Assembly (NCBI RefSeq): GCF_004010195.1
Contig: NC_057720.1
Span: 5,413,241-5,477,240 of the forward strand
Direction of reading: 5' to 3'
DNA: 64,000 bases
Source of the DNA: Chiloscyllium plagiosum
Taxonomy: Eukaryota
Shown here: positions 12,171-25,937 of the stretch, piece after piece
Numbering within the stretch: the stretch's first letter is position 1
Layout of the letters: each line of letters begins with the position of its first letter
Translations under genes and position numbers: made by a program
Notes under the pieces: generated by a model
The model's database searches: none
Told to the model about the DNA's origin: nothing
Seen by the model: only the letters and a program-made list of their open reading frames with translations

Positions 12171-13962
12171 AATGTCTTGGTGCTTCAGTTCATGGGTTCG
12201 GTATTTCCTTGTCTACCTTATCCAAACCTATCATAATCTTGTACACCACTATGTAATCACTCTCCACTTGCCCCAAGGAGAGCAGCCTTACTTTCCATCC
12301 AAATCTTTTAGCTAAAATATTCCATCACTGGAATCATTATGGTAAATCTCCTGTGCACCATCTCAAGGACCTTCACATCCCTCAGAGAGTGGTGACCATA
12401 ACTGGATTGAATACTCTAGTTGTGGCTGACTGAAAGTTTTATAAAGTTTCAGCACAACTGAGTTGGATGATGAGCCATCATCATATTGAATGGTGGAGCA
12501 GGCTTGAAGGACTGAATGGCCTTCTGCTCCTATTTTCTATCTTTTTATGTTTAGTAGTACCTCTACTTAATAGCTAATTACATGACACCTGACTTACGTG
12601 ACAGTCTCTAGGCCATACTTGGCTATTAAAGACATAATGTTTAGCATAGAACTGTAACCAAACTTGAACTAGTGAGTTCCTGCCAGGAACAATCCTTTAT
12701 ATCTTGATGTTGATTAACCCTTTCAAATATTAACAATTTTACACAATAGTGAGTCTACATATCTAATTCAACTGGAAATCAGGGAATCTATATAATTACA
12801 AATGCAAACGAACAAATCAAAACGGGATTGAGGATAGAGTTCATTCAATTTATCTATTCAAGGAAAATTGCTTTCTTTCCTTTTCTTAGTCTGTTCTTTG
12901 GCTTTTTGCCCATTCTTATGCATTCCTGATATTCATGTCTCAGCATTTATCATTGTTGCCTTCAGCTTCCATTACCCTAACGCCTGGGATAATTGCTGAT
13001 AATTGCTTACTTTCTTTTTCTTAATCTGTTCTTCAGCTTCTCGCTTGTCAGCCTATGCAGTTGCATTTTTATTTAAACCATTCTCTGATTCTGATGCAGT
13101 CAAACAGAATTTTGGTTTTGTGACCAAAAATAAATCTTTGTCTTTCTCATCTCAGTATCTGCCACAGATTGTTGATTTGACTCTTCTGTTTTGTACAGGT
13201 CAGTACCTTGCACTTATAAGAAATATTAATGAAATATGAATCTGTCATTAAGCAGTGTGTGATTGAACTCCTAATTTGATGTGAATTTCTCAGGGTGGTT
13301 GAATTTCTCCAATACCTTTGAAACACCCTTGTCACCTCTCAATAGGTGTGTTATAATCTAAGTACATCAGTGGATAAGAAATGGAATATAAGGGAATCAA
13401 GAGTTATGGGAAAAGGCAGAAAATTGAGTCAGGGATTAGTAGATCTGCCATAATCTTATTGAATGGTGCAGCAGATGGACTGAACAGCTATGTATTATGG
13501 GCTTATGAAGGTCTACGTGTGTAGTCCTCCGAGTAATTGGGGCTATCAAGATTGTACATATGCCATCATATATGGGTTTACAAATCCTATTTGAATGATT
13601 GGTGCTTCTGTTCAATAGGAAAATTATGAAGAAATGCCCCATTGCCCACTCTGCACATGTGAGACATTGAATCCTTCACGTCAAGAACCTCAAACAAGTT
13701 CTGCCTTCAGAAGCATCTGAGGATTAGATGCTAGGACGAAAAAAACACACTGTCAGGTGTTCAACTGAGCATGTCATGCATCTGTACCAGATAGAGACAG
13801 TCAAAATTGAGCTGAACTAGTCACACTGTCTGAGATCTCCCTTACAAAGCAAATAGTTCAAGTCATAGAGATATTAAGTATGGAAACAGACCTTTGGTCC
13901 AACTCATCCATGCTGACTAGATATCCTGAATAAATCTAGTCCAATTTGCCAGCATTTGGCTC

Positions 13963-15522
13963 ATTGAATTTAGTTGAATTGAAGTGAATTTATTGTCACG
14001 TGAACCGAGGCACAGTGAAAAGCTTTGTCTTGCAAGCAATACAGACAGATCACAGAGTTAAGTAATATAGATGAATAAATAATAGGTAAACAGTGGCAAA
14101 AACAAAAACACAGGTACAGGCGAATGTTAAGAGTTTGAGAGTCCATTCAGTATTCTAACAACAGGAGGGTAGAAACTGTTTTGAAACCAGCTTGTGCATG
14201 TGTTCTGGTTTCTGTACCTTCTTCCCGATGGTAGAGGTTGTAGAAAAACATTGCCAGGGTGGGATGGATCTTTGAGAATGCTGGCGGCCTTTCCTTGACA
14301 GTGGGCCTGGTAGATGGATTCTATAGATGGGAGGTTGGCCATTGTGATTGTCCGGACTGAGTTCACCATTCTCTGTAAATGTTTTCAATCTTGAATGGTA
14401 CAGTTGCCATACCAGGTAGTGATACATCCAGACAGAATGCTCTCAATGGCGCACCTATGAAGTTGGCAAAAATACTTGCCGTCATGCCAAATCTCCCTAG
14501 CTGCCTAAGGAATAATAGACGCTGTTCGGCCCTTGTGACCAGTGTGTCTGTGTGAAGAGTCCAAGAAAGCTTGTTGTGGATGACCACTTCCAAGAGCTCA
14601 ACACTCTCCATTCGTTCCACCTGTGTGCTGTTAATGTGTAGGGGGGCATGAGTAACATCCCGCCAAAGTTAGTAATGAGTTCCATGGTTCTGCTGGCATT
14701 GAGAGCTAGGTTGTTCTCAGTGCACCATTTTTCCAGGTCTTCCACCTCCCGTCTGTAGTCTATTTCGTCACCATCTGAGGTTCGTCTGACTATGGTAGTG
14801 TCATTAGCGAACTTGTAAATGGTATTAGTCTGGTATTTGGCGACGCAGTCAGGGTATACAGTGAGTACAGTTGGGGCTGAGTATGCACCCCTGGGGGGGC
14901 TCCAGTGTCGAGTGTTAGTGAAGATGAAATATTGTCCCCAACCTTCACTGATTGTGGCCTATGGGTCAACTGAGGAAACTGAGGATCCAGTTGCAGAGAG
15001 TGGGGCTTAGTCCGAGATCACTAAGTTTAGTAATCAGTCTCGAGGGGATAATAGTGTTGAAGGCTGAACTGTAGTCAATGAGTAGGATTCTGGTATGGAA
15101 GGAGTGAAGGGCAAGTGATGTGGCATATGATGTGGATTTATTGGTTCAGTAGGCAAATTGGAGTGGGTCAAGACTCGTGGGGAGGCTGGAGTTGATTAAT
15201 GCCATAACCAGCCTTTCAATGTACTCCATGACCACCAAAGTTAGGGCCACTGGACGGTAGTCATTGAGACATGCTGCACAGAGATGATGTTGGCCCTCTT
15301 GATTCAGGCAGGGACAGTGGCCTGATGCAGGGAGAGGTTGAAGATGTCTGAGAAGATCTCTGCCAGTTGATCTGCGCATGTTCTAAGTACAGGGCCTGGT
15401 ACTCCATCTGGTCCCATCGCTTTCCTTGGATTGACATGAAGGAAAACTGATCCAACCTCCGATGCTGTGACTGTTGGGATTGGTTTGTCGGGACTTGTCG
15501 AAATAGGTGTCACCTCTCTGCT
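13963..15522 (-). mobile_element. Rex1/Babar-clade LINE RT and 3' end
   Basis: [40 protein letters not shown]...PSGRRYR...FQNSFYP, with a (TTCAA)n-like tail. Confidence 0.85.
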
Positions 15523-15524
15523 CA

Positions 15525-15690
15525 TATCCCTCTTCGTGAATAAGTTCTCCTTAGGTTCCTTTCAAATCTTTCCCTTCTCACCTTAAACCTATGCCCTCTT
15601 GTTGTGGACTTACCCACCCCGGGGAAAATACCTAGTCTATTTACCCTATCCTTGCCCCTCATGACTTTATAAACCTCAATAAGGTCCCCT
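15525..15690 (-). mobile_element. CR1 fragment
   Basis: GDLIEVYKVMRG...TRGHRFKV. Confidence 0.8.
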
Positions 15691-15692
15691 TT

Positions 15693-16166
15693 GGGGTGGC
15701 CCAGTTGCTCAGTGGTTAGCACTGAAACCTCACAGTGCCAGGGACCCGGGTTTGATTCCAGCCTCGGGCGACTTTTTGTGTGGAGTTTGCACATCCTCCC
15801 CGTGTCTGCGTGGGTATCCTCCAGGTGCTCTGGTTTCCTCCCACAGTCCGAAAGATGTGCAGATCAGGTGAATTGGCCATGCTAAATTGCCTAGTGTTAG
15901 GCAAAAGTGAGTACTGCAGATGCTGGAGATCAGAGTCAAGATTAAAGTGGTGCTGGAAAAGCACAACAAGTCAGGCAGCATCCAAGGAGCAGAAATATTG
16001 ATGTTTTGGACAAAAGCCCTTCATCAGGATTGAGGCTGGGAGCCTTAGTGCATTAGTCAGGGGGAAATACAGGGAAATGAGTAGGTGGGTTATTCTTTGG
16101 AGCGTCGGTGCGAATTTGTTGGTCCGAAGGGTCTGTTTCCACACTGTAAGGAATATAATCTAATCT
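15693..16166 (+). mobile_element. HE1 V-SINE interrupted by a Penelope terminal repeat (about 15903-16045)
   Basis: SINE head and V-domain, then the Penelope repeat, then the SINE tail. Confidence 0.85.
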
Positions 16167-17304
16167 TAATGAAAATCTTGCAGCCTCCAACACAATTTCA
16201 AAATCTAGAGATGATACAAGACCCACAAATATCGTAAACTGTTGAGTAATGTTGTGGAACAGTAACAGATTTCAAGAGGGCTGACTGCTGGAACGGGCAG
16301 ACACATTCCAGATCCGATTTACCATGGAGATGTGAGAAGTGATGCATTTTCGCAGGAAGATTGATGAGAGGCTACATGAAAGATACAGGAAGGGAGCGAA
16401 CTGGGGGTGTTCACACATACACTTTTGAAGGTTGCAGAATGTGTTGAGAAGGGTGTTTAAAAAACATACTGAGGCGAGGAATTGTAAACTGTATTATTTT
16501 GAAGCATTGAATATACAATTCTGGATAGTATACATGACTGACCAATACCACATTTTTGTGAAAATGGCCAGGCCAGTTGTTGAGGAGATTTACCAGAAAG
16601 GTAGCAGACAGGTGGGACATCTGACAGATGGAGGAACTGGGACTGTCCCCCTGAGAGCAGAGAAGATTAAAGGGAAAGTGTGGGTGGGGGTGGATGTAAT
16701 TTAATGTTCAAAGTTATGAAGTGTTTGATAGAGTAAATAGGAAATGCAACTTGAGAACAAATAACTGTGCTGCACAGTTCGAAGACACAGACAGACTCTT
16801 GATATTTGATTCTACTCAAACTGCTGATAACTGACTTACCAACCATTAACTCAGAGTCTGCCAAAGCTTCAATATATTGATGAAGCACTTCACTAAATAC
16901 ATTTTAATAAAGCTTACAGATAAAAGCAAAACGTTCCAACTGAAAAAAAGGATAAGCAAAGTTTTTACGAGAGGCATTCAGAATTAGGAGTGGTTGTATT
17001 CTGAAGAAGGGTCACTGGGCCCAATGTATTAACTCTGCTTTGTCTCTCCACAGATGCTGCCATCTGAGGTTCTCCAGCAATTTCTGATTTAATTTTCATT
17101 TTGGATTTCCAGCATCCGCAGTTGTTTGATTTATTTAAAAGTGGTTGTGATGGATGGAACAGTGGGAGCTGATTTAACAACCAAAAATCAAGTGGGCTTT
17201 ATTCCACTCAATCAGGGCAGTATGTGACATCGTCTCCGTGATCTCTAAAACGATAGAAGGCAATTGGATGATGAAATGGGAAGCCCACTTGCTGTTCTGA
17301 AATG

Positions 17305-18030
17305 TGGGTCAGAAAGTGTGGTGCTGGAAAAGCACAGCCAGTCAGGCAGCATCTAAGGAGCAGGAGAGTCGACGTTAGCCCAAAGGGGCTGAGAGCTAAA
17401 TGGTGGGGGTGAGAGGGGGGTCCTGGGGGAAGGTAGCTGGTTATGCGATAGGTAGATGAAAGTGGGGGTGTGATAGTGATAGGTCGGAGAAGAGGGTGGA
17501 GCAGATAGGTGGGAAGGGAGATGGACAGGTAGGACAGTTCCACAAGGCAGTGCCTAGTTGGAAGGTTGGATCTGGGATAAGATGGGCAGAGGGGAAATGA
17601 GGAAACTGGTGAAATCCATATTGATCCCGTGTGGTTGAAGGGTCCCAAGGCAGAAGATGAGATGTTCTTCCTCCAGTTGTTGGGTGGCTGGAGTTTGGTA
17701 GTGGAGGAGGCTGCCCTTTTGAGTTGTCCTACCTGCCCATCTTCCTTCCCACCAATCCGCTCCACCCTCATCTCTGACCTATCACCTTCACCCCCCCGCC
17801 TTCATCTACCTGCATTCCCAGCTACTTTCCTACCCAGCCCCCCCAGCCCCCCTTCCTCCCTCCCATTTATCTCTCAGCGCCCTTGGGCCAACTCCTAATT
17901 GCTGATGAAGAGCTCATGCGCAAAACGTCGATTCGTCTGTTCCTTGGATGCTGCCTGACTAGCTGTGCTTTCCCAGCACTACACTTTTTGACTCTGATCT
18001 CTAGCATCTGCAGTCCTCAGTTTCTCTTAA
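17305..18030. mobile_element. Penelope 3' end in inverted (minus then plus) configuration
   Basis: 17305-17712 is the reverse complement of the ORF end plus terminal repeat. 17713-18030 repeats it in forward orientation. TCTGAAATG occurs on both flanks. Confidence 0.8.
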
Positions 18031-18370
18031 CTACTCTGAAATGACCAACTAACAAGGGTTGACTTTGCACCATTCATACCCACAAACTATTCAGTGACTC
18101 AGTGTTATCATTAGGCTTGTGACCTTTGCATCAATGATTGGTTACAATTTCACACACCAATCACCACCCTGTTGCTAGCTGATTCTGACTGTGAATATGT
18201 TCTTGGTGCTGTGCTATCTTCTCTTCACACTCCCCTCACTACTGGCAATGTAAGAACACAAGGACTATGAACAGATGTAGGCCAGTCAGCTCCTTGAGGC
18301 TGCTGTGTATTTAATATGATGTCATCTTAGCCTCAACTCCACTTTCCTGCACACCCTCCATAATTGTGGA

Positions 18371-18625
18371 ATGGTGGCTCAGTTGTTAGCATTGTTGCCT
18401 CACAGTGCGAGGGATCTGGGTTCAATTCCACCCTTGGGCAACTGTCTGTGTAGAGTTTGCACATTGTCTTCGTGTCTGCGTGAGTTTCCTCCGTGTGCCC
18501 TGGTTTCTTCCCGCTATCCAAGAATGTCCAAGGTTCGGTGGATGGACAGGGAGTGGGGATCGAATACTCTTCAGAGGGTTGGTATAGGCTGAATGGCCTG
18601 CTTCCACACTGTAAGGATTCTATGA
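18371..18625 (+). mobile_element. Diverged HE1 V-SINE
   Basis: Head, V-domain and tail recognisable. Confidence 0.8.
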
Positions 18626-18656
18626 ACCCTTCAACGCATTGCTAATTAAAATCTAT

Positions 18657-19800
18657 TGTAATGAGGTCAGTCAGCTGGCTCTCATAGAATATCAGGGATA
18701 TTGGCACTCTAGTGTCTAACTCAGTAAGAGGTAATGCTCTTGTCAAAGAGCATGGATCTATAAGTAAAAAGCGATTGGTGATGGGTTAATAGCCTCTGAA
18801 GAGTAATTTTAGTGGTGACAAGAATAAAGCATGATCCTGAAGAAACTAGATCACTGCAGTTGTGTTGAAGTTGGAGGAAAGCATTTTCTTACATTAGGCA
18901 TCTGTTTGGGAAGCTTGATTTGTTGGACACTGCCGTTGAGGACTGGTCCCAGTATGTGGAAAGAATGCATTATCTTTACCAAGCAAACGACATGGAAGCA
19001 GTTGGAAATAGTGAGTAATTCTCCTGACAACCTGTGGATTTGCAGCTTTTTCTGTCATTAGGACCCTAATTTTCACTGAGGCACCAGACACGAAGACCTT
19101 TCAAGAACTGACTGATATAATTAAGGAATATTACAACCCAAGCCTCCTCTAATTCCGAGATGCTACTGCTTTTATTCGACAATTCGAGAAATAACTGGAA
19201 TCCTTATTGGGGATTTTGACTAGGTTAAAACGATTGGCAGAAGTTGGGGGTGAATTTTAACTCTGAATGAGATGCCTAGTGATTGTCTGTCTGGTATATG
19301 ACTACACAAAAAGGCCTACTATCTGAAGCTCAACTGGACTTCGAACAATGTTATAACATTATCATTGGAAAATGTGGCAAGTTGAGCACATGAGTTACAA
19401 GGTGTTCTGATGAAAATGGACACCCTCGCCAGTGTGCCTGGGCTTGGGGAACACCACTTGAATACAGGCAACTGTGTAGCCTCACTCAGGAAATATCCTG
19501 ATAGGGGTAACTCCAAGGTTGGCCCACAGCAAAGTCCCAAAACAAAGCCAAGTCTCGACCTGGTAAGACATTATAATTGTTATTGATGTGTTGACTCCAG
19601 ACAGCAAAATAGTCCTACTAGACATAAATGGAATAAGATAACTCAAAGACCAGTATCCTGGACAGAGTTCAGGAGAGTTTGTACCCTGGAAACTCCACCT
19701 GCATCTGGTTTGGAACAGTTAAATTGGTCAGTAACATCCAAATGGAACCAATCAAGATAAAAGCTTGGTTGATTGGCCATCCAGTTCAATTGGAGGTTGA
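18657..19800 (+). mobile_element. Second Gypsy copy: short LTR (18657-18811), PBS-like TGG, decayed gag-protease
   Basis: LFGKL...EDWSQYVE and IKAWLIGHPVQLEVDT. Homologous to 1640-2790. Confidence 0.8.
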
Positions 19801-20132
19801 TACCTGCATGGCCACATTAGTGAATGCAGAATCAGTTTTTAATAACATTTGCTCCGGACTTAAGATTCACATTAAGACCCTCTGAGCCCATTGAGTCCAC
19901 ATTGACCCTCTGAAATGCAACCTACCCAGACTCAACCCTGCATTTCCCATGGCCAATCCACCTAACTTGTATATCTTTGGACTGTGGGAGGGAATCAGAG
20001 CTTCTGGAGGAAGCCCTTGCAGTCATAGGGAGGATGTGCAAACTCCACAAAGACAGTTACCCGAGGCTGGAATCGAACCCAGGTCCCTGGCGCTGGGAGG
20101 CAGCAGTGCTAACCACTGAGTCACCATGCCAC
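19800..20132 (-). mobile_element. HE1-like V-SINE
   Basis: Reverse-complement head and V-domain. Confidence 0.8.
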
Positions 20133-20832
20133 CTTTTAAGGCCTCTTGTTTTGTGATGAATGAAACTAGCAGGAAAATCTGTGGATGGAACCACAGCTGG
20201 ATGACACTTGTGTTTAATGTGCAATAGCTGTGAGGTTATTCACAATGACAGCAGAACTTACAGGATTTATGTTGAAGATAAACTGCCCAGTGCAGGTTTA
20301 TTTATGTGTGAAGTGGTTTTACTGAAACATATCATTCCTTAAAGAGCTGTATGTTGTGGATTCCTGAAGGACACAAGATTAGGAGACTTTTTTAAGAGAC
20401 TTAAAGACAGAGGTGAAGAGAATATTTCATCTGGAAGTTTTGTCAGTGTGGAATTCATTTCCTCAAACGGGCTGGGACTTTAACTGTATTCAAGGCTGAG
20501 TTCGGTAGGTTTTTAGTCGGTGAGGGAGTCAAGGGTTATAGTGTGCAAACAGGAAAATGGACTTGAGACCACAACAAGTCAGCAACAATCTCATTGAATA
20601 GGGTTGAGGGGCTGACTGGCCTACTCCAGCTCCTGAGCCTCTGATACTCCTCCATAACCATAATGTGAGAGGAATAACTTGAACTGCTGGGATAGAAGTG
20701 GGTAGCTATAACATGTTCTAATTTCTAAAGCGCACACCTGAACATTGACTTACCTGTGACACTAGTTTTTCAAATCCCTTTTGCAGCAGTGTCCACCCAT
20801 CTCTCAATTCTGTTCCCAAGCTCCTTCTCTCT

Positions 20833-21575
20833 GTAAGAAAATAGGAACAGGAGTAGGCCATTCAGCCCCTTGAGTCTGTTCCTCCCTTCAGTGAGATCAT
20901 GGCTGATCTGTGGCCTAATTCCATACACCTGCCTTTGGCCAATGTCTGTTAGTACCTTTGCTTATCCAAAGTTTGTCTATGTCCGATTTAAGAATGAATA
21001 ACTAACCAGCAATCACTTTATATTTGTGGAAGAGATTTCCAATACCTACCATCCTTTGTGTGTAGGCGTGCTTCCTAACATCTCTTCTGAATGGTCTGGC
21101 CCTAATTTTCAGACTGTACCCCTAGATCTAGAATCCCCAACCAGTGGGAATAGTTTATCTTTATCCACCCTGTCTTTAATATCTTGAAGACTTAGGTGAA
21201 TTGACCATGCTAAATTGCCTGTAGTGTTAGGTGAAAGGGTAAATGTAGGGGAATGGGTCTGGGTGGGTTGCGCTTCGGCGGGTCAGTGTGACTTTTTGGG
21301 CCGAAGGTAAGTAATCTGTAAGTAATCTAATCTAACTTCAATCAGATCATCCCTTAACCTTCTAAATTCGAGATAAACAGGCCTAATTTGTGTATTCCGT
21401 CCTCAAAATCTAACTCCTGAAGTCCCAGTATCATTTGTGTAAATCTAAATTGTACTCCCTCCAAGGCCAATCTATCCTTCCTCAGGTGTGGTGCCCAAAT
21501 CTGCTGCAACTGGAGTGGAACCAGGGTGTTGTATAACTGCAGCATAACATCTGCATCCTTATTCCTCCAGTCCTC
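20833..21575 (-). mobile_element. CR1 3' fragment with an HE1 3' half inserted (21194-21334, plus strand)
   Basis: LQLYNTLV...[18 protein letters not shown]. Confidence 0.8.
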
Positions 21576-22864
21576 CAGATATAATATATCAGGGCTGACT
21601 TCTGCAAAGCCTTAGAGATTGGTCAGGTTTTTGCAGGAGGCATGTAGACTAATTTCAGCAGGGGGTTCCCTTCTCAAGAGGATGTTTTGAAAGTGCAGAA
21701 AACTTGAATTGAAAATTAATGCAGAGTTTCGTTAACATCTGACATCTGCTGGAGGCGTGCTGGGGAGTGGGGTCATGTCAGACTATGCTGAGTAACTTAA
21801 TCCCTACTGCTGCTGCTGGAAGGCTAAAAATTTCCTCTTTGTGCTCCTAAATTAGAAAGGAGGAGAATAATCAGCCAGATTGCAACTGCTGATAGTTGTT
21901 CCTGTTGGTAATTGGATGAAAACTGACTGAGCTTGGTTTCGACGCCCTCTGCAGTCAGACAAATCTCATATGAAGAATAATCTTTTCGAACAGGAGTCAT
22001 AGTCCCGTATGAGTCAATGTCTTTGAGAGTGAAAGGATAGGAAATCGACTTCAGGATCTATTTTCAACCCATGTTCTTGGCAGTGCAGGCAACACCAGGA
22101 AACAGATGTCTCTCTATTACTTCTAGTCAAAGTTAAAATGTGTCTAAATGCAGAAAGCACTACATAGACTTATACAATTAAAACAACAGTTTAATCAGAC
22201 TCCAAGCGACTGTCATCAGTAGCTTACAGACATTATTCAGCTACTCTTTTATTGGCATTCTCTTGTAATAATGTTTTTATTCCCTTTGCCAGTTTGAAGA
22301 GTGCAGGTGAATGCTAAATGAGAATATAATTCAACAGAATAAAAAAGCAGTATTAGCTAGCAGTTCTTAGGATGAAACTCTGAATTCTTAGCTAAATAAT
22401 TTTGATTTAACTTAACTACATTTCTATGCAAAATTTTGAATCTGTTTCCTCTTATTTAACAAGATTTTCATTCATATTTCTCTCTACCTCTTCAGGCACC
22501 AACTCACCTGAGATGTTCATAGCTTCCCAAAACCTCATCCAATTGATTCCATACAAGTCTAGATAGCTCTGTTTAGCAATGTAATGTGAAAAGATACCAT
22601 ATACCGTCAATTACTGTCCTGTCGGGATCCAATAGTTGCTAATATGCTTTTGCTTGCATGGGGTCACTGAATGGCAATCCTGAAGCCATTTATAGCCTTA
22701 TAATATTGGTTCGGGTTAGCTCTGCTAACATTTTATGAGTAGATTTACTGTCACCAATCCTTCTTACTGGTATTAGTTGAGCTACTGACAGCAAATGGTA
22801 AAGGATGTCCACACAATGACTTTGGAAGCTATCCATATTTCTGATTAATACTGAAGATTTGTTA

Positions 22865-23280
22865 CATAGTCACTGGTTGGTTCGCTTATTTGGGTGGACA
22901 GTTGGTTTGTGGTACAGAATGACACTATCATCCTTGTTCAATTTCACCTCCCACACCCCCCAGGAAAACCAAAGAACTGCAGCTGCTGGACATCAGAAAC
23001 CAAAAGAGAAATTGCTGGAAAAGCTCAGCAGCAGAACGTTTCGAAGAAGCATCACTGGACTTGAAATGTTAACTCTGTTTCTCTTTCCACAGATTTTGCC
23101 AGGCCTGCTGAGTTCTTCCAGCAATTTCTGTTTTTGGTTTAATTCCCAATCCAACTGAGGTTATCACAAAGGTTACACCTGTTTAACTTCACCTCTCGCC
23201 TGAGATGTGTGGTGACCCTTGGGTTAAACCGCCACTAGTTGCTTCTCCCCAGCGAGGCATGTGATCATGGTTACTTTGTG
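22865..23280 (+). mobile_element. Probable old tRNA-derived SINE split by a Penelope repeat hairpin (about 22960-23140)
   Basis: Degenerate tRNA-like head, with a body resuming after the inverted repeat. Confidence 0.4.
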
Positions 23281-23472
23281 TAGTAGTTATTAACTAGTTA
23301 AATTACATCTAAGATATGTGATATTATTTTGTGAGACATCAGGCTCAACTTAAGAGTTTGTACATATTGCTACTTTAGCTATGTGCTGCGTATTCATGTT
23401 GTACCCCCTAACTGAGCAGCCTCAAGACTGGGCCTTTGGCCAACCACTGAATTTACTCAACCACCAGAGTTC

Positions 23473-23686
23473 AAAGTTAAAAATCACACAACACCAGATT
23501 ATAGTCCAACAGGTTTAATTGGAAGCACTAGCTTTTGGAGCACTGCTCCTTCACCAGGTGGTTGTGCCGAAGGAGTGGCGCTCTGAAAGCTCGTGCTTCC
23601 AACTAAACCTGTTGGACTATAACCTGCTGTTGTGTGATTTTCAACTTTGTACACCCCAATCCAACACTGGCATCTCCAAATCATGA
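23473..23686. mobile_element. Penelope terminal-repeat hairpin, family 3
   Basis: Inverted arms of about 85 bp, flanked by ACCAGAG(T/C)TCAA repeats. Confidence 0.75.
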
Positions 23687-24094
23687 CCAGAGCTCAAGTA
23701 CATTTGGCACACAAAGCAAATAACTCACTTTGGCTTGTGTCAGTCACATGCCTGATGGACACATGATTTTCCAATAGGAAACAAAAAAAAGGGACTGGTG
23801 GTATCTAAACCAGGCAACAGCTAACAAAAAGTAATATGAACGAATATCGATGCAGAGCTAAAACAGAGAAGATGGGAAGTACTGCAGGGTTCCAGACTAG
23901 ACAGTGCTAGATTAGAGAGGTAGAAACTTTACCTGAACACTGTGCCAACTGTATACACTACTGAATTCGTATTCCAGAAACATTGGGGACATGAATTTGA
24001 ATATTACAATAGCAGATGGTAAAACTTGAATTCAATAAAATAAAGCTAGTTTAATGGTGACCATGTAGCTATTGTTGATTGGTGTAAATTTTGA

Positions 24095-24758
24095 GTCTCA
24101 ATTAGAGTGGTGCTGGAAAAGCACAGCAGGTCAGGCATCATCCGAGGAGCAGGAACACACCCCATCCACCTGGAGACCCCGTGCTGGCCTATTACCCCCA
24201 TTCAATCTCTTTATTTCCAACTGCCGCCGAGACATTGACTGCTTCAACCTGTCTACCCCCCTCCCCCACTCCAACCTCTCACCCTCACAACGCGCAGCCC
24301 TCCACTCCTCATGCTCCAATCCCAACCTCACCATCAAACCAATCGATAAAGGGGCAGTTTGGCGCACTGACCTCGACACTGCTGAAGCCAGATGCCAACT
24401 CAAAGACACCTCCTCCTACCGCCCCCTCGACCATGACCTAACCCCCCCATCACCAAACCATCATCTCCCAGACCATACACAATCTCATCACCTCAGGAGA
24501 TCTCCCACCCACAGCCTCCAACCTCGTCATCCAGGAACTCCGCACCGTCCGATTCTACCTTCTTCTCAAGATCCACAAGCCTGACCACCCTGGCCGACAC
24601 ATTATCTCAGCCTGCTCCTGCTCCACCAAACTCATCTCCACCTACCTCAATACTGTTCTGAGGAGTTATAAGGCAGGCCGACCTAAAAGGTTAACTCTGA
24701 TTTCTCTCCACAGCTGCTGCCAGACCTGCTGAGCTTTTTCAGCAGTTTCTGATTTTGT
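24095..24758 (+). mobile_element. Penelope RT N-terminal ORF fragment between terminal-repeat pieces
   Basis: SNLSPSQRAALHS..SNPNLTIKPIDKG and RFYLLLKIHKPDHPGRHIISACSC, matching the PLE KPADKG and LPKIHK..PGRPIVS motifs. Confidence 0.85.
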
Positions 24759-25247
24759 GTGTGAGGAATACAATGTTATGGCTGCGAAGAAGGTGCACAG
24801 AGAGTGAGATCAACATTAAATTTGAAATTTTAGAGGTCCATTCAGAAGTTTAATAATACTGGGGGAGAAGCTGTTCTTGAATCTGTTGGTACATGTGTTT
24901 AAGCTTTTGTATCTCTGCCCAATAGAAGAGATTATAACCGGGGTGCGAGGGGTGTTTGATGATGTTGGCAGCAAGAAGTCAAGATGGAGTCAATGGATGG
25001 AAGGGTCAGCTTTCCTGGTGGCCTGGGCTGTGTTCACAAGCCTTTGTAGTTTCTTAGGGTACTGGACACAGCAGTTGCCATTTTCACTTTTTAAAAAATT
25101 GAAATCTGCTTTGGACAGTTGTGTTCAAAAACACTGAATTCAAATTCTCAAACCACCATTCTGGGATTTGAACTCACATTCACTGAAATACCCACTGAGT
25201 ATTAGTCCTTGTTTCCCTTGTGTCTTATTGTTTTCTATGCAATAAAG

Positions 25248-25937
25248 TGGAGTGTTGCTGAATAGAGACCTTAGAGTGCAGGTTCATAGTTCCTTGAAAG
25301 TGGAGTCTCACATAGATGGGATAGTGAAGAAGATGTTAGGTATGCTTTCCTTTATTGCTCAGTGCATTGAGTATAGGAGTTGGAATACAGGACATTGTAC
25401 AGGCCACTTTTGGAATACTACATGCAGTTCTGGTTTCCCTGATTTAAGAAGGATGTTTTAAAACTTGAAAGGATTCAGAAAAGATTTACAAGAGTGTTGC
25501 TGGTGTTGGAGGGTTTGTGCTGTAGAGAAAAACTAAATAAGTTCGGGCTATTTTCCCTGGATCATTGGAGGCTGAGAGGTGACCTTATAGAGGTTTATAA
25601 AATCATGAGGAGTGTGGATAGGATAAATAGACAAGGTTTTTTTTCTAAGGGTGGGAGAGTCTAGAACTAGAGGTTTACAGTGAGAGGCGAAAGGTTAACA
25701 AGGGACCTAAGGGGCAACTTTTTCACACAGAGGGTGGTGCGTGTATGGAACAAACTGCCAGAGGCTGGTGAAATTGAAACATTTAAAAGGTATCTGGGTG
25801 GTATATGAATAGAAAGGATTTAGAAAGATATGGGCCAAATGCTGGCAAATGGGACTAGATTAATTTTCGGCTATCTGATCAGCATGGACGAATTGGACCG
25901 AAAAGTCTATTTCCGTGTTGTACATCTCTGTGACTCT
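25248..25937 (+). mobile_element. CR1 (HER1-like) 3' fragment
   Basis: RDLRVQVHSSLKVES through the 3'UTR. Confidence 0.9.
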
